A stretch of 64,000 nt of DNA, taken from contig CBFGIV010000001.1 in the NCBI GenBank assembly GCA_965648915.1, positions 1 to 64,000 of the forward strand. Reading direction: 5' to 3'. Numbering within the stretch: position 1 is the stretch's first letter; each line of letters begins with the position of its first letter. A program made the translations under genes and the position numbers. Source of the DNA: a candidate division WOR-3 bacterium. Lineage in GTDB: Bacteria; Hydrothermota; Tepidihabitantia; SM23-42; CAYGYG01. Below, piece by piece: positions 9,420 through 19,975 of the stretch. The notes under the pieces are model-generated. The model ran no database searches, was not told where the DNA came from, and worked only from the letters and a program-made list of their open reading frames with translations.

Positions 9420-10946
9420 GTGTCTTTTCAAGAAGTTATCTCTCCGGCCGAAGAACGCTTTGAAAAAATCAGAAGAACCATCGGCCTCTTTCTGGGGCCA
9501 GCGCTCTTAATTGCCATCGATCTATTACCAATAAACTTAAACCCTAAGGCCCATCACCTCGCTGCTATCTTATCACTGGTAATCGTCTGGTGGATTACCG
9601 AAGCGGTACCGATACCGGTAACTGCCCTTTTAGGCCCAACCCTTGCTGTAATCTTTGGAGTTGAAACGGCCAAAAAAGTTTTTCCTTCATTCGCCGATCC
9701 AGTTGTATTTCTTTTTATCGGCAGTTTTATTCTGGCCCAGGCAATGTCCCGGCATCGCCTCGATCAGAGAATTGCCTATGGTCTTCTTGCCCTGCCCGGG
9801 GTTGGATCAGACCTCCGTTCTATCCTGTTTGTCTTTGGTTTGATTTCGGTTATCATCTCGATGTGGATTAGCAACACCGCTACAACTGCGATGTTGATGC
9901 CGATTGGCATCGGTATTCTCAGAACGATCTCTAAGGTCTATAGTAAAGAAAACGGGCAAGAGATCGATCCAAAGAAACTCCGCTATTCGACCGCCTTAAT
10001 GCTTATGGCGGCCTATGGAGCATCAGTAGGGGGCATCGGTACTCCGGTTGGCACACCACCAAATTTAATCGGCATCGGATTGATCAATAATTTATTAAAG
10101 ATTAAAATTTCTTTCTTTCAGTGGATGTTATTTGCCATTCCCCTGGTCATAATAATGTATATTGTTCTCTATTTTCTCCTCCTGATTCTGCATAAGCCAG
10201 AGATTAACAAGATTGAAGCGGTCCAGGAATTTATTAAGGAGGCGAGACAGAGACTCGGTCCTTTGACCCCGGGACAGAGGAATATCCTTATTGCTTTTCT
10301 CCTCACTGTCGGCCTCTGGGTTTTCCCTGGTTTTATCGCAATATTCTGGGGAAGCGAAGCTTCAGTGGCGAAGTGGTATGAGAGTCATATTCCTGAAGCA
10401 GGGGCGGCCCTGCTCGGTGCCGGTATCTTATTTGTTTTACCGGTTAATTGGCAGAAGAGAGAGTTCACAGCAACACTGAGAGATTTTACCGAAATTGACT
10501 GGGGAACAATCATCCTTTTCGGCGGTGGGCTCTCTTTAGGCGGATTGATGTTTTCAACTGGCCTGGCTGAAAGTCTGGGCCGGGCAATCTTGAATATTAC
10601 CGGTGCTCACAGTCTCTGGGCGATCACGGCGGTTTCAATTGCCTTAGGCATTATCTTCAGCGAGTTAACATCAAACACCGCGTCGGCCAATATGGTGATC
10701 CCAGTAATGATTTCCCTGGCCCAGGCAGCTAATGTAAATCCGCTCATACCCGCACTCGGTGCCTGTATCGGTGCCAGTTATGGTTTTATGCTGCCGGTTT
10801 CTACTCCGCCCAATGCGATTGTCTATGGTTCAGGGATGGTGCCGATTACCAGGATGATCCGGACCGGTATTCTCTTTGATATCTGCGGTTTTTTGATAAT
10901 ATTTTTTGGTCTATTCCTTTTTCTTCCTCTGGCCGGGCTAAGATAA
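9420..10946 (+). CDS. SLC13/DASS family sodium-coupled anion symporter
   Basis: Two SNT motifs (SMWISNTAT, ELTSNTAS), GTPPN, PVSTPPNAIVY, many TM helices. Confidence 0.9.
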   Translation: MSFQEVISPAEERFEKIRRTIGLFLGPALLIAIDLLPINLNPKAHHLAAILSLVIVWWITEAVPIPVTALLGPTLAVIFGVETAKKVFPSFADPVVFLFIGSFILAQAMSRHRLDQRIAYGLLALPGVGSDLRSILFVFGLISVIISMWISNTATTAMLMPIGIGILRTISKVYSKENGQEIDPKKLRYSTALMLMAAYGASVGGIGTPVGTPPNLIGIGLINNLLKIKISFFQWMLFAIPLVIIMYIVLYFLLLILHKPEINKIEAVQEFIKEARQRLGPLTPGQRNILIAFLLTVGLWVFPGFIAIFWGSEASVAKWYESHIPEAGAALLGAGILFVLPVNWQKREFTATLRDFTEIDWGTIILFGGGLSLGGLMFSTGLAESLGRAILNITGAHSLWAITAVSIALGIIFSELTSNTASANMVIPVMISLAQAANVNPLIPALGACIGASYGFMLPVSTPPNAIVYGSGMVPITRMIRTGILFDICGFLIIFFGLFLFLPLAGLR

Positions 10947-11088
10947 AATTAACCACTCTTTCCTATATACCCCTTTTCGTGAATACGCGCGAATAAAAGA
11001 AAAAAGCGAAAGATTATCCAGACCCTTGGCTGAAGTGTATGTTTTTAAATCAATAGAAAACTGCGAATTGCACCCGTGCCAATTTAAT

Positions 11089-13002
11089 TTAACGATTGTC
11101 CGTAAATTTGATAACTTTCTTTATCACCGATTTATTGCCGGCACTGATTTCTACAAAATAGATGCCATCAGGAATTGTTTTCCCTGGCCGCCATTCGAAG
11201 AGTCTCTTCCCGGAAATTTTATCGATGACCTTACCCGCAACATCGTAAATTTTCGCCGAGATCATATTGTCCGCTGGAACGCTGAATCTGATTGTGTGCG
11301 TAAAGGGATTGGGATAGATTGAAAAAGGCCGAAATTGTTGAGTACTCTTTTCTGATATTCCAACAATCACTTCATTGCTGAGGCGGGATTCGGCAAACGC
11401 TTTGATCTGAGCGGTAACACAATAGCAGTAAGAAGATGTAGTTGAGTCGTTGTAAGTTGTATCGGTAATAAGCGATCGGTTTATTCGGCGGTAAGGACCA
11501 CCTGATGTTATGCTTCGATAAATGTTGTAACCAGCGATATCAGATTCAGAGTTTTTACTCCAGACCAAATTTACATAGTTCGGAAAGCGGGCTGCGCTTA
11601 AATTCCTCGGTGGTCTGGGATGGAGCCAGCCGGTATTCCAGAGGTCGTGATAAAACGTGCCCCAGTCGGTCAAATATCCACGATAGGGGATACTCTCAAT
11701 CGTCCAGAGGTTGACTGAGCCATCCATCAAGACAAGAGCTATTTCGATATCCCCGTCGGCATCGACATCACCTACGGAGGGGCTATTAACCAACGCCGCA
11801 GCAGTTGTAACAATTGGCCAATCAGTTACATTCGATGCATCGTAATTATAGGCGTTGAAATTGCCAGGGCTTAAATTGTCGGCAACAAGGACTTCGCGAT
11901 AACCATCATCATCGATATCACATACCACCGGGGAACATTCGAGCATGTCGCAGACGGGCCAACCGTTGAGTGGGGTACCGTTATGGTGGCGGGCAAGCAG
12001 GTTTGGCCCACCAAGGACATGCCCTCCACCGAAGATTTCATAGTCTGAATCACCATCAATATCACCGGTCACCGGTGTTGTATAATGCTGGGGACCAGGG
12101 AAGCTCTGGGGCCAATTAGGAAAATTAGTTGCATTATGATTATAAATGCCGACATAATCTTGTGAGTTCAGATAATAGGCATGAAGAATCTCAAGATCGC
12201 TATCGCCGTCTAAGTCGGCCATTACTGGTTGTGCATAACTTGAACCACTCGCTATATTTAATTTCGGCCAGCCCGGTTTGAGATTGCCGTTTTGGTCCCA
12301 GACATAGACTGAACGATAAGCCAAGACACAAATTTCAAAGACGCCATCGTTATCGATATCAGCAACCGAAGCGGTAGCAACAGCAAGATAATCAGTATTT
12401 TGAGGCCAACCAGGATAGATTTGACCATTATGATGCCAGACATAGACATGTCCGGGCTGCCCCGATTGCATTTGGGGCATAATTATTTCCAGATCACCAT
12501 CTCGGTCAAGATCAAAAAGAGTTGGTGCGACAAGACCGAGGACACCATTCGCATTCTGAGGCCAGTTGGGGAAGCTCGTGCCATCATGATTATAGATATA
12601 GACATAACCATTGCGGCAGGGGATCACAATTTCCAAATCGCCGTTGTTATCAATGTCGCCAATGGCAACTTTGGCTTGGACCATGGCCGGCAGTGTTAAT
12701 GGCCAGCCCGGTAATAAATTACCCTGGTAGTCCCAGGCATAGACCTTGTTGTCAGTAGATCCAGCAACGATTTCCAGGCAGCCATCATTGTTAAGGTCAG
12801 CAAGGCTGACACCGCTTGGTTTATAATTAGGATGGGTCCCCATTGACTTGGGCCAACCGGGCATCTGCTGAGGCGGGGTATTAAAATTATGGACTGGGGA
12901 CAGGGTGGTCCCAACATATTGAACCTGACCATCAAGATTGGTTTTGTATACCACAACCGATTGGGTCGTTAATGCAAGTAAAAAGACAATCGATAATGTC
13001 AT
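11089..13002 (-). CDS. Secreted FG-GAP/VCBS beta-propeller protein with FN3 domain and T9SS/FlgD-like C-terminal domain
   Basis: Repeated DxDxDGxxEI motifs and eight xxWP turns; DIAGYNIYRS FN3; IYPNPF...IYDVAGK...GIYFVEI tail. Confidence 0.85.
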   Translation of the reverse strand: MTLSIVFLLALTTQSVVVYKTNLDGQVQYVGTTLSPVHNFNTPPQQMPGWPKSMGTHPNYKPSGVSLADLNNDGCLEIVAGSTDNKVYAWDYQGNLLPGWPLTLPAMVQAKVAIGDIDNNGDLEIVIPCRNGYVYIYNHDGTSFPNWPQNANGVLGLVAPTLFDLDRDGDLEIIMPQMQSGQPGHVYVWHHNGQIYPGWPQNTDYLAVATASVADIDNDGVFEICVLAYRSVYVWDQNGNLKPGWPKLNIASGSSYAQPVMADLDGDSDLEILHAYYLNSQDYVGIYNHNATNFPNWPQSFPGPQHYTTPVTGDIDGDSDYEIFGGGHVLGGPNLLARHHNGTPLNGWPVCDMLECSPVVCDIDDDGYREVLVADNLSPGNFNAYNYDASNVTDWPIVTTAAALVNSPSVGDVDADGDIEIALVLMDGSVNLWTIESIPYRGYLTDWGTFYHDLWNTGWLHPRPPRNLSAARFPNYVNLVWSKNSESDIAGYNIYRSITSGGPYRRINRSLITDTTYNDSTTSSYCYCVTAQIKAFAESRLSNEVIVGISEKSTQQFRPFSIYPNPFTHTIRFSVPADNMISAKIYDVAGKVIDKISGKRLFEWRPGKTIPDGIYFVEISAGNKSVIKKVIKFTDNR

Positions 13003-13149
13003 AAAAACCTCCTCGGATATAATATACGCTATTTTTTAAAAATCAACAGAAAATATGCGGATCGGGCGAATCTAAGTTGCAAGCCCTATCAAATAACATC
13101 TTGCGAACTTAAAATGTGTGTGGCAACATCTATAAATCTAACCCGCTCT

Positions 13150-14241
13150 TTATGGATCGAGGCGGATTTTCAACTCACGCTGCAGTAAATTTAATGACGG
13201 CAGCATCTCCCGGGCTGATTCTTGATATGCCTTGAGATCTTTACCGATCGGGTCAGAGACTTCATTCTTCATAACCCGCCCTCTCTTATATTCTTTCAAT
13301 AAGAATGTTTTGAGTGCGGCCCGGGGAGATATTTCGAGAACCCGCTCAAAATGCTTCAACTCCATGCAGAGAATCAGGTCGTTCTGTTCGACCAGGTCTT
13401 TAGTCAAAGGTTTGGTCCGATGGGCGGAGATGTCCCAGCCAAACATCTTGACCACCTGCTGGGCATGGGGCATTGCACCACTATCTATCGGTGCGGCGAT
13501 TCCGGCTGAATCGATTATGATGCGCGGGTCAGGGACCATACCGCGCAAGATTCCCTGGGCCATTGGACTGCGACAGGAATTTCCTGTGCAGACGAAAAGA
13601 ATATTGAAGGTTGCCTCTGGGCCGATTTTAATGAGCCGGTTTATTGCCTTTTCGATTTCAAGAAAAGAGATTCTGCCTTTACGCAATACGGTGGGGAAGT
13701 TTGACCGGAGATCGAGGACTGTTGATGGTAGCCCGTGCTTTGGACCGCCATCAATCAAGAGATCAAGATCAGGAAATATTTCAGTGATCTTGCTTGGTGA
13801 AGAAATTGGTTCTTCATCCGATATATTAGCGCTGGTGGTAGCAAGGGGCCGACCATATCTTCTGATTAATTCTATGAGCCAAGGTACCCGGGGAATCCTT
13901 ATACCGATACTATTATCGACAGTTCTTATTGGGCAGGATTCTTTTGCCCAGTAGATAACTGTTAGCGGACCAGGCAGAAAGAATTCAACGACTTTACGAT
14001 TCTTAACAAAGGCAAAATCTTTTATCCGGTCACGCCGGTCAAGGAATAGAGTCAGAGGTTTCTTTTCGCCACGCTGTTTAATCCGGTAGATTTTATTAAT
14101 TGACTCCTGATTTGTGGCATCAACACCCAGACCATAGATGGTATCCGTAGGAAAAGCGACAACCCCACCCTTACTTAAGATATCAATGACCTCCTGATAA
14201 AAACCTTCGTCGAGTCGATGTTCAAGGACTATGCGTTTCAT
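13150..14241 (-). CDS. tsaC: Threonylcarbamoyl-AMP synthase fused to a low-molecular-weight protein Tyr/Arg phosphatase
   Basis: FPTDTIYGLG, KQR, TSANIS (TsaC), then FVCTGNSCRS (CX5R) and SDPIG. Confidence 0.88.
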   Translation of the reverse strand: MKRIVLEHRLDEGFYQEVIDILSKGGVVAFPTDTIYGLGVDATNQESINKIYRIKQRGEKKPLTLFLDRRDRIKDFAFVKNRKVVEFFLPGPLTVIYWAKESCPIRTVDNSIGIRIPRVPWLIELIRRYGRPLATTSANISDEEPISSPSKITEIFPDLDLLIDGGPKHGLPSTVLDLRSNFPTVLRKGRISFLEIEKAINRLIKIGPEATFNILFVCTGNSCRSPMAQGILRGMVPDPRIIIDSAGIAAPIDSGAMPHAQQVVKMFGWDISAHRTKPLTKDLVEQNDLILCMELKHFERVLEISPRAALKTFLLKEYKRGRVMKNEVSDPIGKDLKAYQESAREMLPSLNLLQRELKIRLDP

Positions 14242-14277
14242 TGAGTCTTCATATCTTTGGGTGAATGATTTGATCGC

Positions 14278-14676
14278 TTAAAGTTTCTTAAGCAGGCGTA
14301 AGGCAAAATAGGCAGCATTTTTAGCACCGGACTTGCCAATACCAAAGGTTGCTACAGGGACCCCCGAAGGCATTTGCACCATTGCAAAGAGTGAATCAAT
14401 TCCTTTCAGTGGTGAAGAGGGGATCGGGACACCGAGGACCGGGATATCGGTGTATGATGCGATGAATCCCGGGAGAGCAGCAGCAAAACCAGCACCGGCG
14501 ATAATGACTTTGACTTTAGCCTTTTCTGCCTGCTGGATTTTTCTTCTCAGTTGTTCAGGCTGACGGTGTGCCGACAATATTATCTTCTCATATTTGATCT
14601 TGTGCTCTTTCAAGACAAGGCAGGCTTCTTCCATATATGGTTCATCCGATTTACTACCCATTATTACCCAGACCAT
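14278..14676 (-). CDS. purE: N5-CAIR mutase / AIR carboxylase PurE
   Basis: IMGSKSD, SAHR, AGFAAALPG, VQMPSGVPVAT. Confidence 0.92.
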   Translation of the reverse strand: MVWVIMGSKSDEPYMEEACLVLKEHKIKYEKIILSAHRQPEQLRRKIQQAEKAKVKVIIAGAGFAAALPGFIASYTDIPVLGVPIPSSPLKGIDSLFAMVQMPSGVPVATFGIGKSGAKNAAYFALRLLKKL

Positions 14677-15959
14677 TTCTTCTTTCTCCTTCTTCGAACC
14701 TTCCTCATCCCGGTTGCACCAATATCCGGTCGATAGTACATACCATCAAAGTGAATCTTTTTGATCACATTCAGGGCACGGATTTTTGCAAGTTTCAGGG
14801 TGTCATCGATGCCGACCACATTGAGGACCCTCCCTCCTGCGGTTACCAGTCTCTTATCTTCTAACTTTGTCCCGGCATGAAATATCAGGGTCTGAGAAGT
14901 ATCGGTTGTTCCCAGGGTAATCGTCTTGCCGGTCTCGTAATAACCTGGATAACCGGCTGATGCCAGGACAAAACAGATTGCCATCTTATTTTTGAATTCA
15001 AGATTGACCTCATCGAGTCGGTCTTCGGTTGTGGCGATCAGCGCCGGAATTATATCTGAACTGATAAGGGGTATAATTGATTGGGCCTCGGGATCACCAA
15101 ACCGACAGTTGTATTCAAGGACCTTGGGGCCCTTTGAAGTAAGGATCAAACCAAAATAGAGGCAACCCTTAAAAACTATCCCGTTGTCTAACAGGGCAAG
15201 GATGGTCGGTCTGATTATAACATTCTCGATCAGGGATTGAGTCTTCCGGTCAAGGAGATAGGGGCTAAAACTTCCCATCCCACCGGTATTTGGCCCCTGG
15301 TCATTTGGTAGCAATCTTTTATGATCCTGAGCCGAAGGAAGGATCTTTATGCTCCGGCCATCGGTCAGGACCAGAATTGTGACCTCGGGTCCGCTCAGGA
15401 ACTCCTCGATAATGATCCTTTGCCCGGCCTCACCATATTTTTTCTGGATTAACATATCGTCGATAACCATATCCGCTTCGCGTCTATTCTTGACGATGGA
15501 TACACCCTTGCCGTAGGCCAAGCCTGATGCTTTGATAACAACCGGGAAATCGAGGGTCTTAATATAACTCAAGGCAGCATCCTTTTTGTAGAAGACTTTA
15601 AATTTTGCAGTAGGGATTCCATAGCGATACATAAAGTCTTTGGCAAAGGATTTGTCGGCCTCGATCTGGGCTGCTTTCTGATTTGGGCCGAAAATTTTTA
15701 AATCCCTTTTCTCAAATTCATCAACAATACCCATCGCCAGTGGGAATTCAGGCCCGACAACAGTAAAATCGATCTTGTTATCTTTAGCAAATTTGGCCAG
15801 ACCGATAATCTCACCAACCTGAATGGGGACACATTTGCCGATACTCGCTATCCCGGGATTACCCGGTGCTGCATAGAGTTGCTTTACCAGCGGCGATTGT
15901 TTTATCTTCCAGGCCAGTGCATGCTCACGACCACCGCCACCTACGATAAGGATCTTCAT
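14664..15959 (-). CDS. purD: Phosphoribosylamine-glycine ligase
   Basis: GGGGREHALAW, QDHKR, GPNTGGMG, EYNCRFGDPE. Confidence 0.97.
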   Translation of the reverse strand: MKILIVGGGGREHALAWKIKQSPLVKQLYAAPGNPGIASIGKCVPIQVGEIIGLAKFAKDNKIDFTVVGPEFPLAMGIVDEFEKRDLKIFGPNQKAAQIEADKSFAKDFMYRYGIPTAKFKVFYKKDAALSYIKTLDFPVVIKASGLAYGKGVSIVKNRREADMVIDDMLIQKKYGEAGQRIIIEEFLSGPEVTILVLTDGRSIKILPSAQDHKRLLPNDQGPNTGGMGSFSPYLLDRKTQSLIENVIIRPTILALLDNGIVFKGCLYFGLILTSKGPKVLEYNCRFGDPEAQSIIPLISSDIIPALIATTEDRLDEVNLEFKNKMAICFVLASAGYPGYYETGKTITLGTTDTSQTLIFHAGTKLEDKRLVTAGGRVLNVVGIDDTLKLAKIRALNVIKKIHFDGMYYRPDIGATGMRKVRRRRKKKWSG

Positions 15960-16681
15960 TTTACTCCTTTCAGTCCCTTGATGATGCGCTTTGCCTGCTT
16001 AGGATTCTGCTCGATGATGCTACCGATGACGATAAAATCAGCCCCGGCCCTGATAATCCGCTGAGCAGTCGGCAGATTACTTATGCCACCTCCAACAATC
16101 AACGGAATTGAAATTGTCGCTCGAACCCGTCTGATTACTTCAATTGGAACGGATCTCTTCCCGCCGCTCCCCGCTTCAAGATAAATCATCTTCATTCCCA
16201 GATACTGTCCGGCCAGTGCATGGGCACAGACGATTTCTGGTTTGGTTCTTGGTAGAGGCTTGGTCTGGGAGGTGAACTCAACCGAGGTATATGAACCTGA
16301 GTCAATGAGGAGATAACCGACGGAGATTGGTTCCAGTTTAAATTCTCTTATTAAAAAGGCAGCCCGGACCTGTTCACCAATAAGATATTCAGGATTGCGA
16401 CCACTTAAAAGACTCAGATAGAAGATAGCGTCGGCATTCCTGGTAACCTGACTCGTTCCTCCAGGAAATAGAATCACCGGGCGGGAGGAATATCTCTTCA
16501 CCATTCTGGCAATCTTATCAAAATTTGGGGTGGCGATAAAACTCGTCCCGATCATAATCGCGGTCAATCCATCTTCACATAAGTCACTGACTAATTTTCC
16601 TATGCTCTCTGCATCACTGCGGTCAGGATCGATCAGCGCAAATATGCCGGGTCGGTTTTTTAACAGATATTCATAAACCAC
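15956..16681 (-). CDS. Geranylgeranylglyceryl phosphate synthase family protein (group II-like)
   Basis: LIDPD, PVILFPG, SLLSGRNPEYLIGEQ, YLEAGSG, PLIVGGGI. Confidence 0.9.
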   Translation of the reverse strand: MVYEYLLKNRPGIFALIDPDRSDAESIGKLVSDLCEDGLTAIMIGTSFIATPNFDKIARMVKRYSSRPVILFPGGTSQVTRNADAIFYLSLLSGRNPEYLIGEQVRAAFLIREFKLEPISVGYLLIDSGSYTSVEFTSQTKPLPRTKPEIVCAHALAGQYLGMKMIYLEAGSGGKRSVPIEVIRRVRATISIPLIVGGGISNLPTAQRIIRAGADFIVIGSIIEQNPKQAKRIIKGLKGVK

Positions 16682-16756
16682 TTATTAACTCTCCTGAAAG
16701 GCTATAATATCTGAAAATACAAGAATTAAGAGGTTTCACCAGGGCCATCATACCTT

Positions 16757-16784
16757 ATTATATTAAGTTAATGTGATAAGTCAA
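16757..16784 (-). promoter_or_regulatory. Sigma70-type promoter of the GGGPS-purD-purE-tsaC operon
   Basis: TTGACT-16 bp-TATAAT on the minus strand. Confidence 0.7.
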
Positions 16785-16860
16785 TGGGAAAATCTTTGAA
16801 TAACTAAAGGAGATTCTTATAATGGTAAGAGTTCAAACTTTCTCTCCAGTAGATCCCGGC

Positions 16861-17754
16861 TTAATACTTGAATGTCCTCAATTGACCATTCTTGATATAT
16901 GCCCAGGACATACCTTCACTGTTTGTTCCAACACCGATTCTGCCTTTATGATCAATGCCGATTGCACCACAGACTGCCTTATGCATTCGGGCAATTTTTA
17001 AAGCTTTATTTATCGCTTGCTGAGCCGAGAAACGCTCCATCAAATCGACACAGACCTTGGCCAGGCAGAGTCGGATTATTGCCTCGCCGTGTCCGGTCGT
17101 GGCAACCCCACCAGATCTATTGGTATAAAGGCCCGCACCAAATACTGGTGTATCACCAACCCGGCCGGGTAATTTTCCATTTATACCACCGGTTGAATTA
17201 GATACTGCAATCAGGCCCTTATGATCGATCGCCACGGCTCCAACTGTGTCCGCCTCATAAATTTTGAGCAGTTGATTGAGTTTAGGGAAATAGCGGTTCT
17301 TTTTGTTTTTTTTGATCCTTGCTATCTCGAGTTTTAAAAATCTCTTCTTCTCCTGGGTCAGACAGTTATATCTGGGAAAACCCATCCTTCGGGCAAAGTC
17401 ACTCGCCCCAGCACCGGCAAGGATTATATGGTCGGTCTTTTCCATCACCGATCTTGCGATCAGGATTGGATTTTTTACATCCTTGATTGCGGCTACTGCT
17501 CCGCACCTTAAATCCGAGGTCATAAGCGAAGCATCCATTTCGACCTCACCATAGATATTGGGTGCCGAACCAGTGCCCGCATTAAAGATGGGTGTATCTT
17601 CAAGGATAACTGTTGCCTCAACTACCGCATCTAAGGCACTACCACCCTGTTTTAATATCTCATAACCAGCAGTTACTGCCCTGACCAACCCTTTTTCCCG
17701 TCGGCGGGCAAAAGATATTCCTCCTGCACCACCATCGGCAACAATCGCTATCAT
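16861..17754 (-). CDS. Isoaspartyl peptidase / L-asparaginase (Ntn hydrolase)
   Basis: FNAGTGS, D|TVGAVA nucleophile site, STGG, GRVGDTP, TGHGE. Confidence 0.9.
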   Translation of the reverse strand: MIAIVADGGAGGISFARRREKGLVRAVTAGYEILKQGGSALDAVVEATVILEDTPIFNAGTGSAPNIYGEVEMDASLMTSDLRCGAVAAIKDVKNPILIARSVMEKTDHIILAGAGASDFARRMGFPRYNCLTQEKKRFLKLEIARIKKNKKNRYFPKLNQLLKIYEADTVGAVAIDHKGLIAVSNSTGGINGKLPGRVGDTPVFGAGLYTNRSGGVATTGHGEAIIRLCLAKVCVDLMERFSAQQAINKALKIARMHKAVCGAIGIDHKGRIGVGTNSEGMSWAYIKNGQLRTFKY

Positions 17755-19031
17755 AGAGACTTTACCTGACCGGCAACGATGACCTTAACTGCTTTTCCCT
17801 TAAATCTTCGGCCTATAAAAGGCGTATTATGCGAGATGGACTTTATATCCTTCTGTTCAAATATCCACTCATAATTGGGATCGATGATGGTGATATCTGC
17901 ATCCATCCCGGGTGCAATACGGCCTTTGGTTTTTAACCCCAATATCCGGGCAGGATTTGCAGTCAGTTTGGCAACTGCCTGGAGTATGGTCAATCTCTTC
18001 TTATGGACAAGTTCGGTGAAGACAAGGCCGACAAGAGTTTCCATCCCGATCATCCCGTAGGGCGCAGCTTCCATCTCCACCTCCTTTTCGGCCGAGGGAT
18101 GAGGTGCATGGTCAGAAGCGATAGCATCAATTGTTCCATCCCGGAGGCCTTTAATTATTGCCCGGAGATCGGTTTCACTTCTTAGAGGCGGATTTACTTT
18201 GTAATTACTATCATAAGTTTTTAAGGCTTCTTCAGTAAGGATGAAATATTGAGGGCAGGTATCAGCCGTAATTTTCACTTTTTCTTTCTTTGCCTGACGG
18301 ATCAATTCGACCGCACCGCGGGTTGATATGTGGGTTAAGTGAATTGGGGCATCAACATAACGGGCAATAAGAATATCTCGAGCGACAATAACCTCTTCCG
18401 CAATCGAGGGCGAGCCCCGTAAGCCTAAACGGGTGGCAGTTGCACCCTCATTCATAAGACCGGCCTGATGGAGATCCCAGTCCAGACAGTGTTCAATGAT
18501 TATCGTCTTGAGCCGCTTGGTATATTCTAATGCCCGCCGCAAAACCTCACTGTTATATACTGAGTCGCCATCGTCAGAAAAACCGATTGCTCCGGCTTGC
18601 ACCATCTGACTAAACTCAGCGATCTCTTCTCCCCGTCGGCCTTTGGTGATACAGCCGATCGGGTAGACATTGCAGAGGTTTAATCTTTTTGCCTTTTCGA
18701 CGATATACCGGATAAGTCCGTCGTTATCGAGCGGGGGTTCAGTATTGGGCATACAGACAATTGAAGTTAGCCCTCCGGTAATTGCCGCCCGGACACCACT
18801 CTCAACTGTTTCCGCATCCGGCCGTCCGGGATCACGCAAATGGACATGCATATCGATCAGTCCGGGAACGACCAATTTACCCCGGGCATCGATCTTAAAA
18901 CAATCCCGGGCGACAATTTTCTTGGCAATCGATTTTATCTTGTTCCCTTCGATTAGAATATCAGCAATGCGATTGGTTCGGGAGAGCGGATCCACTACCT
19001 GACCATTCTGGATTAACAATCGCCTCATCAT
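17751..19031 (-). CDS. pyrC: Dihydroorotase
   Basis: DMHVHLRDPG, KVNPPLR, ASDHAPH. Confidence 0.95.
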   Translation of the reverse strand: MMRRLLIQNGQVVDPLSRTNRIADILIEGNKIKSIAKKIVARDCFKIDARGKLVVPGLIDMHVHLRDPGRPDAETVESGVRAAITGGLTSIVCMPNTEPPLDNDGLIRYIVEKAKRLNLCNVYPIGCITKGRRGEEIAEFSQMVQAGAIGFSDDGDSVYNSEVLRRALEYTKRLKTIIIEHCLDWDLHQAGLMNEGATATRLGLRGSPSIAEEVIVARDILIARYVDAPIHLTHISTRGAVELIRQAKKEKVKITADTCPQYFILTEEALKTYDSNYKVNPPLRSETDLRAIIKGLRDGTIDAIASDHAPHPSAEKEVEMEAAPYGMIGMETLVGLVFTELVHKKRLTILQAVAKLTANPARILGLKTKGRIAPGMDADITIIDPNYEWIFEQKDIKSISHNTPFIGRRFKGKAVKVIVAGQVKSL

Positions 19032-19975
19032 CTACCTCCTTCCTTCCAGGGAACCCCGCGCACCAGGATGTAGAGGACCGCCATGCGGACAGCAACCCCG
19101 TTGTTTACCTGTTCCAGGATTACCGATTGTTGACTATCTGCAACCTCGGGGTCGATCTCAACACCACGGTTGATCGGCCCAGGGTGCATAATAAGAAGAT
19201 TCTTTTTTAAATTTTTGAAACGCTCACAGGTCAGGCCGTAGAGTTCCCGGTATTCCCGGATTGAGGGAAAAAGACTCTTGCCCTGCCTCTCCAGTTGGAG
19301 GCGGAGAATATTTATTACATCAACATCGCCGATGATTTCATCAAGGTTGTAAAAGACCTCAACGCCCAATCGCTCAATCGCCATTGGTATCAATGTTGGT
19401 GGTCCACAGACCGAAACCCGGGCACCTAATTTTACAAGACCAAAGATATTAGATCGGGCAACCCGGGAATGGGCAATATCACCGACGATTAAAACTTTGA
19501 GTCCCTCAATCTTCTTAAAATGTTCTCTGATGGTAAAGATATCGAGCAGGCCCTGAGTCGGGTGTTCATGGCATCCATCACCCGCATTGATAACAAAGGC
19601 ATCGATATGTCGGGCCAGAAAATGGGGGGCACCGGCGGCTGAATGTCGGATAACAACACCATCGACTTTCATTGCCTCGATGTTTCTTGCGGTATCAAGT
19701 AAGGTCTCTCCTTTCAGAACGCTTGAAGCCTTGGCGGTCAGGCTGACGGAATCGGCCGACAGTCTCTTGGCGGCGATTGAAAATGAAATCTGGGTTCTGG
19801 TCGAAGGCTCAAAGAAGAGGTTGGCGATGGTCTTGCCCCGCAATGCGGGAACAATCGGGATCGGTCGTTGCAGAACTTTTTTGAAACCACGGGCTGAATC
19901 GAGCACCATAAGAATCTCTTCCTGGGTTAAGTCTTCGAGTCCTAAGAGATTTTTGTGTTTAAACTTCATCACCAC
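19028..19975 (-). CDS. pyrB: Aspartate carbamoyltransferase catalytic subunit
   Basis: FFEPSTRT, HEHPTQ, HSRVARS, HPGPINRGVE. Confidence 0.97.
   Translation of the reverse strand: MVMKFKHKNLLGLEDLTQEEILMVLDSARGFKKVLQRPIPIVPALRGKTIANLFFEPSTRTQISFSIAAKRLSADSVSLTAKASSVLKGETLLDTARNIEAMKVDGVVIRHSAAGAPHFLARHIDAFVINAGDGCHEHPTQGLLDIFTIREHFKKIEGLKVLIVGDIAHSRVARSNIFGLVKLGARVSVCGPPTLIPMAIERLGVEVFYNLDEIIGDVDVINILRLQLERQGKSLFPSIREYRELYGLTCERFKNLKKNLLIMHPGPINRGVEIDPEVADSQQSVILEQVNNGVAVRMAVLYILVRGVPWKEGGR

Noticed and set aside
13232..13954. Long antisense ORFs (also 19587-20087, 51422-51988, 56256-56798)
   Set aside because: They lie opposite well-supported genes and lack SD sites and recognisable motifs.
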